DNA of 64,000 nucleotides, from positions 1,424-65,423 of the forward strand of contig QBMN01000001.1 of assembly GCA_003241845.1 (NCBI GenBank), written 5' to 3'. Each line of letters begins with the position of its first letter. The stretch's first letter is position 1. The position numbers and the translations under genes were made by a program. Below are positions 20,570 to 27,831 of the stretch, piece after piece. This stretch comes from Shackletoniella antarctica. Lineage in GTDB: Bacteria > Cyanobacteriota > Cyanobacteriia > Phormidesmidales > Phormidesmidaceae. Below the pieces are notes generated by a model, which did no database searches, was not told the origin of the DNA, and saw only the letters and a program-made list of their open reading frames with translations.

Positions 20570-21289
20570 GTGACCTCACTGCCTAGCCCTGTCCGCAACC
20601 TGGCTCGCCAGCGCCAGATACAGCTTGCCAAGCGGCGGCGGGCCGCTGCGATCGCCGCCCTGCTGCTGCTGGGCGTCGGTGTTGTGGCCGTACAGCCGTT
20701 ACTGCGCCCATCGCTGCGGCAGCTGCAAAAAACTGTGTGGGTCAGCCATCCCAAACCCCTGGCGATGGCTGGCGGCGACCCCTACGTCCGGGCGCTAATG
20801 CGGACTATTTCTGCCGCCGAGTCAAACATCAGCGAACCCTATAATGTGCTCTACGGTGGCCAGCTTGTACCGCAGCTAAACCGCCATCCCAACACTTGCA
20901 TAGAAATTGTGGCGGGGCCAAACCAAGGGCAGTGCACCACCGCCGCCGGGCGATACCAGTTTTTAACCACCACCTGGCAAGAAAAAGCTCGCCAGTATCA
21001 CCCCAAGGCGTCGAACTGGTTTGGCGGCTTGGGCGACTACAGTTTTGACCCCGAATCGCAGGATTTGGTGGTGTATCACTGGCTGAGAGATACCTCGGCC
21101 TGGAATTTCGATATCCCCACGGCCCTGCGAGAGGAGCGCCTAGATGAAGTGCTGCGCCGACTCTCCGGCACCTGGACTAGTCTGGGCTACGGCATCGAGT
21201 CAAACAGCATGACCGCTCGCCTGCCCCGCATCTACGAAAGCCTGCTCAAAGAAGAACTGGAGCGATCTCCCTCGGGGCAGATGCCCTAG
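20570..21289 (+). CDS. Membrane-anchored lysozyme-like protein (GH104 / lambda-R-type lytic transglycosylase-like)
   Basis: N-terminal TM helix (AAIAALLLLGVGVVAV). AESN...YNVLYGG...TTAAGRYQFLTTTWQE pattern. Confidence 0.65.
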   Translation: MTSLPSPVRNLARQRQIQLAKRRRAAAIAALLLLGVGVVAVQPLLRPSLRQLQKTVWVSHPKPLAMAGGDPYVRALMRTISAAESNISEPYNVLYGGQLVPQLNRHPNTCIEIVAGPNQGQCTTAAGRYQFLTTTWQEKARQYHPKASNWFGGLGDYSFDPESQDLVVYHWLRDTSAWNFDIPTALREERLDEVLRRLSGTWTSLGYGIESNSMTARLPRIYESLLKEELERSPSGQMP

Positions 21290-21311
21290 ACGGCCACGCC
21301 CCTAAAATGCC

Positions 21312-21343
21312 CCGCCCCCCAAAATGCGCATTTTGGGGGGCGG
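21312..21343 (+). terminator. Perfect 32-bp palindrome downstream of the lysozyme-like gene
   Basis: CCGCCCCCCAAAATGCGCATTTTGGGGGGCGG. Confidence 0.55.
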
Positions 21344-21522
21344 AGTGACTTAACTTTAGCCTTGCCACAGGAGACTACAGACAGTGCAGCGGCGATTCCG
21401 GAAAGAACCTGCTGATTGGAGACGCCCTGCTCATTTTCAAAGCTAAACTCCTTCTGTCTCCGCAAAGTGGTTGAGACAAAAGGGGTTTAGACTACAGCGA
21501 TTTTCAGGAATTCCAAATTAAG

Positions 21523-21879
21523 CTAAGCCGCTTGAACCTGCCGGGGTTTTGGTCTTTTGCGCTCGCTCTTGCGGGTGCCGCCCGCCATTTCGTATTCAGA
21601 GCTATCTTTGCCATACCTGGCGGCAACGGCCAGCAGCATTAGCTCAGACAAATCTCGCAGTTTTTTCTCGCCGGCCTGCACACCATTCGCGGCGTGGTCT
21701 ACCTGAGATAGGGCCTCGTTGTAGGTGGCAATATCAGCTCGCACGGCATCAATGGCCTGGTTATATTCGGCCAGGGTGAGGCCATTACCCAAGTCTAAGT
21801 TGGCATTAATGGAACGCATGGCGGCAGCGCGGCGCTGGGCCTGCTCTACTACTTTTGAACTTCTTTTTGGTCTGCCCAT
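21523..21879 (-). CDS. Hypothetical protein (118 aa, helical core with basic termini)
   Basis: ORF with coding-like composition; no motif recognised. Confidence 0.5.
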   Translation of the reverse strand: MGRPKRSSKVVEQAQRRAAAMRSINANLDLGNGLTLAEYNQAIDAVRADIATYNEALSQVDHAANGVQAGEKKLRDLSELMLLAVAARYGKDSSEYEMAGGTRKSERKRPKPRQVQAA

Positions 21880-22060
21880 TGGTAGAATACTCCCTAACGG
21901 TTTACCCTTTGACTATGGCAAACGGGCTTAATCTGTGAACCCCTGAGCAATACGGAATCTGTTCAGCACAAATAAAAAAGGATTCTGCGTATTTTTAGGT
22001 AGCAGAGTGAGCGGTGGGCGTTTGGAGTTCGGGTGCATCCCAATTTTGTAAATGTGCTGC

Positions 22061-22158
22061 GTCATTCCCACGCAGGTGGGAATCCATTTGAGAGAAAGGT
22101 CTCTGGTGTAGATTCCCGCCCCGCGCCTTCGCGGGGGCAGGCTCTGCGCGGGAATGAC
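22061..22158. repeat. ~98-bp nested-palindrome element (MITE/REP-like)
   Basis: Outer IR GTCATTCCCACGCAG (22061-22075) / CTGCGCGGGAATGAC (22144-22158). Inner IRs TCCCAC-GCAG-GTGGGA, GGGAATC/GATTCCC and CCCCGCG-CCTT-CGCGGGG. Confidence 0.6.
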
Positions 22159-22319
22159 AGGCTAAGCGAAAACCTGGGAGGATCTGAGGCTAGACAAGTG
22201 TGTACCTCGCTGAGTCGAGAACTGCTATGGTCTCTTCGACTGCGGCGGCGGCGATGGGCGGTTAGCGCTCTGGGGCATTGGCAAAACCGGGGGGCGCATT
22301 GAGGAACCCTGGCACAAGG

Positions 22320-22530
22320 CTTGATTATCGGGCTGGGTTACTTGATTACGATGGGCGATAGATAAGTAGCGCCCGCAGAAAGCTTGATTCTCTGGCCAGG
22401 TTACTTATCTATGGGGTGCGATCGTTAAGTAACGCCTAAGCCAAACTTGATTTCGTTATAGCGTTACTTATGAATGGGGCTTGCGAATCAAGGAACGCCT
22501 GGGTGAAGCTTGATTTGCTCAATTGATTGG
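22320..22530. repeat. Degenerate tandem repeat, 63-bp period, 3 full units plus a partial fourth
   Basis: CTTGATT at 22320, 22383, 22446 and 22509 (exact 63-bp steps). GTTACTT at offset 17 and AGTARCGCC/AGGAACGCC at offset 45 in each full unit. GTTACTT and AAGTAAC form an inverted pair within each unit. Confidence 0.8.
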
Positions 22531-22734
22531 TTTGGCGGCTTGGCCCACCACTGGATGACCGGCACGGCGGCGATCGCAACGCCAGAGTAAACGAATAATG
22601 GCGCGACGCCCCATCCGTCGCCCTTTTGAGCATTGAGTCGTGGCTGAACGGCTATTAGCGTCGGTTTTGCTGGTCATGCTGGTGCTGGTGGAGTTCTGCA
22701 AAAAAGTTGCTCTCTGGTTCCCACGAGAATCTCC

Positions 22735-22770
22735 GTAGGTTGGGTTCTGCTAACGCGCCACCCAACCTAC
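22735..22770. repeat. Hairpin (11-bp stems) at the left edge of the AT-rich islet
   Basis: GTAGGTTGGGT-N14-ACCCAACCTAC. Confidence 0.6.
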
Positions 22771-22892
22771 AAGCTAAGACTAAAAAGTCTTTCAATTATT
22801 CCGCGTAACTCATTAAAAAATGAACGTGTCTTGGACGGAGCAAAACCCTGATAGTATGCTTTAATTTATTGGTTGCACGTTATTTCCTGCGG

Positions 22893-23828
22893 ATGTTTAA
22901 TTCCCTTAATCCCTCACGAAGAGACGTTGCCGCTAATAATGTATCGTTTGCTATAAAAATTGACTTCAACAAAAATAGTGAAAGTCCCTCCTTAATCTTA
23001 TCAGCATTGTCAGAACTTGTAGATATATTCCAAAGGTTAGATAGAGCATTAATCAAAACTATCCCTGTGGATTTGGAGCCCATAGTCCTTCTAGAGGACT
23101 TAGAATATAGTTCTATAAAGCTTTGGTTGAAAAACATATTCAAAAAAAGCTCGGATAGTGAGTTAATAGAATACGATCCAAATAAAATTTCTAATTACCT
23201 AAATGAATCTCGCTTTGCCATAATAAACTTTGCTGAAAGAACAACAACGATCACCAATAATTCTTTTGACAAGGTTCAAGAAGAAATTTATGAATCCTTG
23301 AGTAGAATTAACCCAACTCAAGAGATGCCTATTTATACTGAGATACCTAAAAAAGAAATAATCAGTACCCTGCAAGGTTTTCAAAAATCAATAGAACCAC
23401 TGAACCCGGAAGATAAAGTGACCTTCATGACTGAGTCAGGGAAAGTGGCGTCTTTAAGGACTTCTTTTAATTTTTCTCCAGAAAATCTGGAAAATGTGTT
23501 AACAAGTGAAGTTATCGAAAATAATGATATATTAATACTAAAAATAAAGAAACCAGACTACCTTGGTTCTTCTCAATGGGAGTTTATGGGCGAAAGAGCA
23601 TTCTTAGCTAAAATTAGCGATATGGAATGGATTCAACGCTTTCATTCTAGAGAGTTTCCGTTGGGTCCTGGAGATAGTATTAAGGCTGAAGTAAAAACCA
23701 CAGTAAAGTATGATTGGGATAACAATGTTATTGCAAGCAAGCATGAGGTAATGAAGGTCATTAAGGTTATATATACAGAAAAAAGTCAAAATCTATCTAT
23801 TCTTGATATTAGCCCTTTTGAGGAATAG
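22893..23828 (+). CDS. Hypothetical protein, AT-rich orphan gene A (311 aa from ATG 22893; TTG at 22869 possible)
   Basis: Long uninterrupted ORF in very AT-rich DNA, where random ORFs are short. K/E/N/I-rich; no motif recognised. Confidence 0.6.
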   Translation: MFNSLNPSRRDVAANNVSFAIKIDFNKNSESPSLILSALSELVDIFQRLDRALIKTIPVDLEPIVLLEDLEYSSIKLWLKNIFKKSSDSELIEYDPNKISNYLNESRFAIINFAERTTTITNNSFDKVQEEIYESLSRINPTQEMPIYTEIPKKEIISTLQGFQKSIEPLNPEDKVTFMTESGKVASLRTSFNFSPENLENVLTSEVIENNDILILKIKKPDYLGSSQWEFMGERAFLAKISDMEWIQRFHSREFPLGPGDSIKAEVKTTVKYDWDNNVIASKHEVMKVIKVIYTEKSQNLSILDISPFEE

Positions 23829-23862
23829 TAGTTTTCAAAATACTGAATTCATCCTTCGAAGA

Positions 23863-24357
23863 CTATTTATTTATCCTTACTTGTCTTCTATTTGGAATAA
23901 TCTTTTTTAGCAGTCTTCTATCAAATTTTCCCTCTTCAAAAGCCATGATTATCAATTCTATGTATTTTTCCGATAATTCTTTTTTTGCTTTGGAGTTTGC
24001 ACAATTTTCTTCAATAGACTTGAATAACTGAATGTGCTTATATATTCTATTTATGTATTGAGATTCTGGCAATTCGTAGAATAAGAGAGGCTCAGACATA
24101 GCAAATTGATATGCTTCAAAATCAGACATCAAAAAGCTGCTTATCGAGAAATTTTTCATATTTATAGCTTCATTAGTTGATGCGTCCATGTATATCTGAA
24201 TTGAGTCTACTAGTGATGATATTTCTTTGTAAAGAGCTTTTCTCAGGTTTTGGACTTTTCGCTTATGTAGAAAAGTGGTCTTAACTGGTTCTGCAAAAAA
24301 AGCAGCCAAAAATCCTAACAAGGTGGCTAAGACAGGTTCAATGATGTCGAAATTCAT
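23863..24357 (-). CDS. Hypothetical protein, AT-rich orphan gene B (164 aa, N-terminal TM helix)
   Basis: N-terminus IIEPVLATLLGFLAAFFAEPV is hydrophobic and the rest is helical. Convergent with gene A (34-bp gap). Confidence 0.55.
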   Translation of the reverse strand: MNFDIIEPVLATLLGFLAAFFAEPVKTTFLHKRKVQNLRKALYKEISSLVDSIQIYMDASTNEAINMKNFSISSFLMSDFEAYQFAMSEPLLFYELPESQYINRIYKHIQLFKSIEENCANSKAKKELSEKYIELIIMAFEEGKFDRRLLKKIIPNRRQVRINK

Positions 24358-24409
24358 AGAATATAAAACTTAGTTGACTGTAGTTCAGAGTTACTTCAAC
24401 AATAGCAAA

Positions 24410-24434
24410 CCCCTAGAGACTTATTCTCCAGGGG
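24410..24434 (-). terminator. Hairpin downstream of the 69-aa gene
   Basis: CCCCTAGAG-N7-CTCCAGGGG (one mismatch). T-rich on the minus strand afterwards. Confidence 0.35.
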
Positions 24435-24446
24435 TTCTTTCCTTCG

Positions 24447-24656
24447 CTATTCTGCTGCGGGGGCGTATCGTCGGGTGTGTATCGAGATATACTCACCCTC
24501 TCTGCCGGTCGGTATCAGCTTTGTCCACCTATCTGGGTCGGCGTAGCCGATCGCCCCGAGCTGATGAATCGTGTCTCGTACCGCTGAGTAGTCGCCTAGG
24601 GCTATCAGGCGCACTACCTCTTGCTGCCGTGTGGGCAGTTTAAACTCATACGTCAT
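24447..24656 (-). CDS. Small hypothetical protein (69 aa, MTYEFKLPTRQQEVVRLIALGDY...)
   Basis: Track ORF 24447..24782 trimmed to ATG 24654-24656, because the upstream part reads through a REP hairpin. Confidence 0.5.
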   Translation of the reverse strand: MTYEFKLPTRQQEVVRLIALGDYSAVRDTIHQLGAIGYADPDRWTKLIPTGREGEYISIHTRRYAPAAE

Positions 24657-24752
24657 TTTGTTCACCTTTATCGTCAGAAAAACGGGGAACTTACCTAGCA
24701 CTCCGTAAAGGTGCGAAACCGATGGGCTAGATCTCCTAAAATAAGGAAAAAG

Positions 24753-24775
24753 CCGTAGGGTGGGCACTGCCCACC
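24753..24775. repeat. REP-like palindromic element, copy 1
   Basis: CCGTAGGGTGGGCACTGCCCACC (hairpin GGTGGGCA-CTGCCCACC). Confidence 0.7.
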
Positions 24776-25027
24776 AATCCATTTATTCACCCACCACCAA
24801 CTCCTCCCGCTCAAACTCAACCGCTGTCTCTTTCTTTTTTCGCTTGCATTCCCAATTCTCCGTAGCTAAGCAAAGACGTTTTGTTGTCGGGTTCCGCAAA
24901 AATTGGTCTGCGGTTGAAGGTGACGGCCTCTGTCATAGTTTCGGCCACCTACGACCACCCATGAATAGTTCACCTGAACTACTAAACTCCAAAACCTTGT
25001 TCCACAAGGGCTACGGCTTCCTGGGGA

Positions 25028-25132
25028 CTAAGCTTGCTTAGTCTGAGTGGCCGAAACGATGATTAACGCCAAGGTGACCAGGGTGAGAAAGATTGCCCCG
25101 CCGGGAGTGTAGGCGCGTTGATAATCGGGCAT
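25028..25132 (-). pseudogene. N-terminal fragment of a REP-associated tyrosine transposase (RAYT, IS200/IS605-like)
   Basis: 34-codon ORF MPDYQRAYTPGGAIFLTLVT... matches the RAYT N-terminal signature (YRRxxxPGGxxFxTxVT), then diverges and stops. No HUH or catalytic Tyr region follows. Confidence 0.5.
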
Positions 25133-25196
25133 TTGGGGGTATGGGAAGATACTCTAAGGTAGTGTTCCCGATGGGTTGGTGATAGCTGGGTGGGAA

Positions 25197-25219
25197 GGTG
25201 GGCAGTGCCCACCCTACGG
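25197..25219. repeat. REP-like palindromic element, copy 2 (inverted relative to copy 1)
   Basis: GGTGGGCAGTGCCCACCCTACGG is the exact reverse complement of 24753-24775. Confidence 0.7.
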
Positions 25220-25368
25220 TGCTGCCCTACAACTCAATCACGGTATTACGGGTCGGTTACAGGGGCAGCGCTCCCAAAAATCGGCTGTCTATAATAGGCT
25301 CTAGGCTGCTGCTGCGATCCAATCTCAGGTTTGCTGCCCCCCACAATTAGTCTTTTTAGAGACACACC

Positions 25369-25860
25369 ATGGCAAGAGCAAAGACTGGAACAGCCTACCT
25401 GCTGTGGGCACTGTGTTTGTTTGGTATCTGCGGGCTACATCGGTTTTATGCCGGGCAGATTGTGTGGGGCATCGTCTACCTGTGTACCTTTGGCTTGTTT
25501 GGCATTGGCCAACTCATCGATCTGGTGCTGGTGCCCGGCATGGTCAAAACCCGCAACGATCAGCTGAGGCGGCAGTATTTGGCAGAGTGGAGCGATGACG
25601 GTCTGGTGATGCCAGTGCCGATGAATCGAAAGTTGGTCACGGCCGAGGGCGTTGCACAGCCCCAAGACAACTCGATGCAGCAGCTTCTAAAGGCGGCCCA
25701 CGCCAATGGGGGCAAGCTTTCAAAGGCACAGGTAGCACTCCACACCGGACTGAGCACAGAGCGGGTAGATGCCCTCATTCAGGAGGCGCTGCGCTGCGGC
25801 TATGCCGATATCACCAACGATCCAGAATCGGGGGCGGTGCGCTACGTGTTCGATGTGTAG
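25369..25860 (+). CDS. TM2 domain-containing membrane protein
   Basis: AYLLWALCLFGICGLHRFYAGQIVWGIVYLCTFGLFGIGQLIDLVL is the TM2 two-helix motif. Confidence 0.8.
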   Translation: MARAKTGTAYLLWALCLFGICGLHRFYAGQIVWGIVYLCTFGLFGIGQLIDLVLVPGMVKTRNDQLRRQYLAEWSDDGLVMPVPMNRKLVTAEGVAQPQDNSMQQLLKAAHANGGKLSKAQVALHTGLSTERVDALIQEALRCGYADITNDPESGAVRYVFDV

Positions 25861-25907
25861 AGACTGCGAAAGCAATCGGACTCGTTCTTTCTCAGGCATC
25901 CCCAACC

Positions 25908-26780
25908 CTACTGCGCCTTCATCCAGGTGAGGCATTTTTGCATGTGCTGGCGCATGGTGGCCTTGTCGGCGTGGTGGCGGCGACCGTGGCCGGGCAGCAC
26001 CCACTCAAAGTCGTAGGCGACGAGCTTCTCCATCGACTTAATTTGCTCGGGCCAGGAGTACCAGCAGACGCTATAAAAGGCGTGGAGCTGATGCAGGCGC
26101 TCTGACCAGGCCAGGTGATCGCCCGTAAAGAGAACGCGATCGCCGTACAGCAATACCGTATGCCCCTTGGTGTGACCCGGTACCGGAATCATCGTGAGGT
26201 CGGGGGCTAGTTCAATCAGGTCGGTGCCCTGGAGCGGCATTTCGATGGTGGCTGTACCGGGGCCGATGTCGTCGGCGTGGAGAATGCGATCGCAGCCAAA
26301 GCGGTCATGGAACTGCTGGTGATCGGCCACATCATCGCGGTGGGTGAGATAGAGGTAGCGCACCCCACCCAGCGCCTCTAGCTGCTTCACTAAAGGCGCG
26401 GCAAAGCGTGGCGAGTCGACCAGCACATTGCCCTCGGGCCGCCGGATGAAATAGCTGGCTGCGCCGTAGGACTTTTCGGAGTGGTAGCCGCAGTGGTAGA
26501 CATGCTCAATTATGGGAATTGGGAAGCTAGCCTGGGCCGCCTTCATATCCTTGGGCGGGGCCACGGTGCCGATGGAGGCCGTGGGGCAAGCGAGCACCGC
26601 TTGTAGAGCCGCCAGTCGTTCTGCGTCTGTTTTTGGCTGGTGGAAGACCGCCGACTGCCCGTCTTTGCGGGTGAAGACATCGGGGGCCATCCAGCGGCAG
26701 GTGTCGCAGTCAATGCAAGAGCTATCGACGTAGAGGTCGCCGTCTACGTTTTGGGGGCGGCGCGCAGTGAGGTGAGCCAT
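25908..26780 (-). CDS. MBL-fold metallo-hydrolase with N-terminal ferredoxin-like Cys cluster
   Basis: Trimmed to ATG 26778-26780 (MAHLTARRP). CIDCDTCRWMAP cluster. THRDDVADH and PGHTKGH metal-binding motifs. Confidence 0.8.
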   Translation of the reverse strand: MAHLTARRPQNVDGDLYVDSSCIDCDTCRWMAPDVFTRKDGQSAVFHQPKTDAERLAALQAVLACPTASIGTVAPPKDMKAAQASFPIPIIEHVYHCGYHSEKSYGAASYFIRRPEGNVLVDSPRFAAPLVKQLEALGGVRYLYLTHRDDVADHQQFHDRFGCDRILHADDIGPGTATIEMPLQGTDLIELAPDLTMIPVPGHTKGHTVLLYGDRVLFTGDHLAWSERLHQLHAFYSVCWYSWPEQIKSMEKLVAYDFEWVLPGHGRRHHADKATMRQHMQKCLTWMKAQ

Positions 26781-26912
26781 GGTTGTTACCCATTCATACA
26801 TTGAGTCTATCGCTGGGGAGGGGCGATCGTGGCGACGAGCAACGGCGGGGGTACTCGCCAGCAACTTGGATACAATAGGGCTACTCAAGCAGGCGATCGC
26901 GGGGAACCCGTC

Positions 26913-27569
26913 ATGGTACAAACATCCATTGAACCCTACCTTCTATATCCTGACTCCGACGGTAAACCAATGGCTGACAACACGGTTCAGTATGGCTGGA
27001 TTGTTTGCCTGGTGACCCATCTCAAGCATTTGTTCAAAGGACAAACTGTCTTTGTGGCAGGAGATTTGCTCTGGTATCTGGAGCAGGTTTTAGAACCACC
27101 TGCTCCGGCTCAAGCCCCCGATGTGATGGTAGTTTTGGGGCGTCCTGAGGGCGAACGGGGCAGCTATAAACAGTGGGAAGAGGACAATATCGCCCCCCAG
27201 GTGGTGTTTGAAATTTTGTCGCCCAGCAACACGGCCCGAGAAATGCTGAATAAGCAATTGTTCTACCGCAGGCACGGGGTGTTAGAGATGTTTTTCTACG
27301 ACCCCGACTCCTACGACTTTTGGGGCTTGGTGCGCCCTGACCAAGACTACGATTTTTCACCCGTTACCGCCCTGAACTTTCCCTGGACTTCGCCCACACT
27401 GGGGATTCGGCTTGAGATGTTTGACGATGGTTTGGCGGTCTTTTACCCCAACGGCAAGCCGTTTCAAGATCCCGATGTGGTCTTAGCAGAACGGGACAGG
27501 GCTCAGCAGGAGCGCGACAGAGCCTTTGCCAAATTGCGGGAACTGGGCATTGACCCATCAGAGCTATAA
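26913..27569 (+). CDS. Uma2 family endonuclease-like protein with short ER-rich tail
   Basis: YPDSDGKPMADNTVQY...FVAGDLLWY...APDVMVV...PQVVFEILSPSN... Tail ERDRAQQERDRAFAKLRELGIDPSEL. Confidence 0.8.
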   Translation: MVQTSIEPYLLYPDSDGKPMADNTVQYGWIVCLVTHLKHLFKGQTVFVAGDLLWYLEQVLEPPAPAQAPDVMVVLGRPEGERGSYKQWEEDNIAPQVVFEILSPSNTAREMLNKQLFYRRHGVLEMFFYDPDSYDFWGLVRPDQDYDFSPVTALNFPWTSPTLGIRLEMFDDGLAVFYPNGKPFQDPDVVLAERDRAQQERDRAFAKLRELGIDPSEL

Positions 27570-27831
27570 CGTTTTGACGCTGAAAACTGATGAAGTTAGG
27601 GCTGTTTTGTCCCTATGGCGATCAAGTCTTTAGCGACACCTGTTTTCCAGCGTGGCCACACAGCTTTCCTTTGCCTAAACGATGTCAAGATGACTACGGT
27701 TTAGCAGAAATTCAGAGTAGGATACCTTATATATCGTAGGTGTCTTAGGCTAAACGGTTTAGCCTGAATGCAGGGGCTCAGCAGCATGCCCCACCCCCAG
27801 GTTTTTCGTTACGCAAAGGTTCATTGCCCCC

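Noticed and set aside
22033-22302. 89-aa ORF (MHPNFVNVLRHSHAGGNPFERKV...)
   Set aside because: It is the read-through translation of the nested palindromic element at 22061-22158. The peptide is dictated by hairpin symmetry rather than by coding constraint.
22320-22530. Possible CRISPR array
   Set aside because: The whole 63-bp unit is homologous between copies (conserved blocks at fixed offsets with diverged filler). There are no invariant repeats alternating with unique spacers, and no cas genes are nearby.
24760-25041. 93-aa plus-strand ORF between the REP hairpins
   Set aside because: It starts inside a REP hairpin and has no motif. The region is better explained as degraded RAYT/REPtron sequence.
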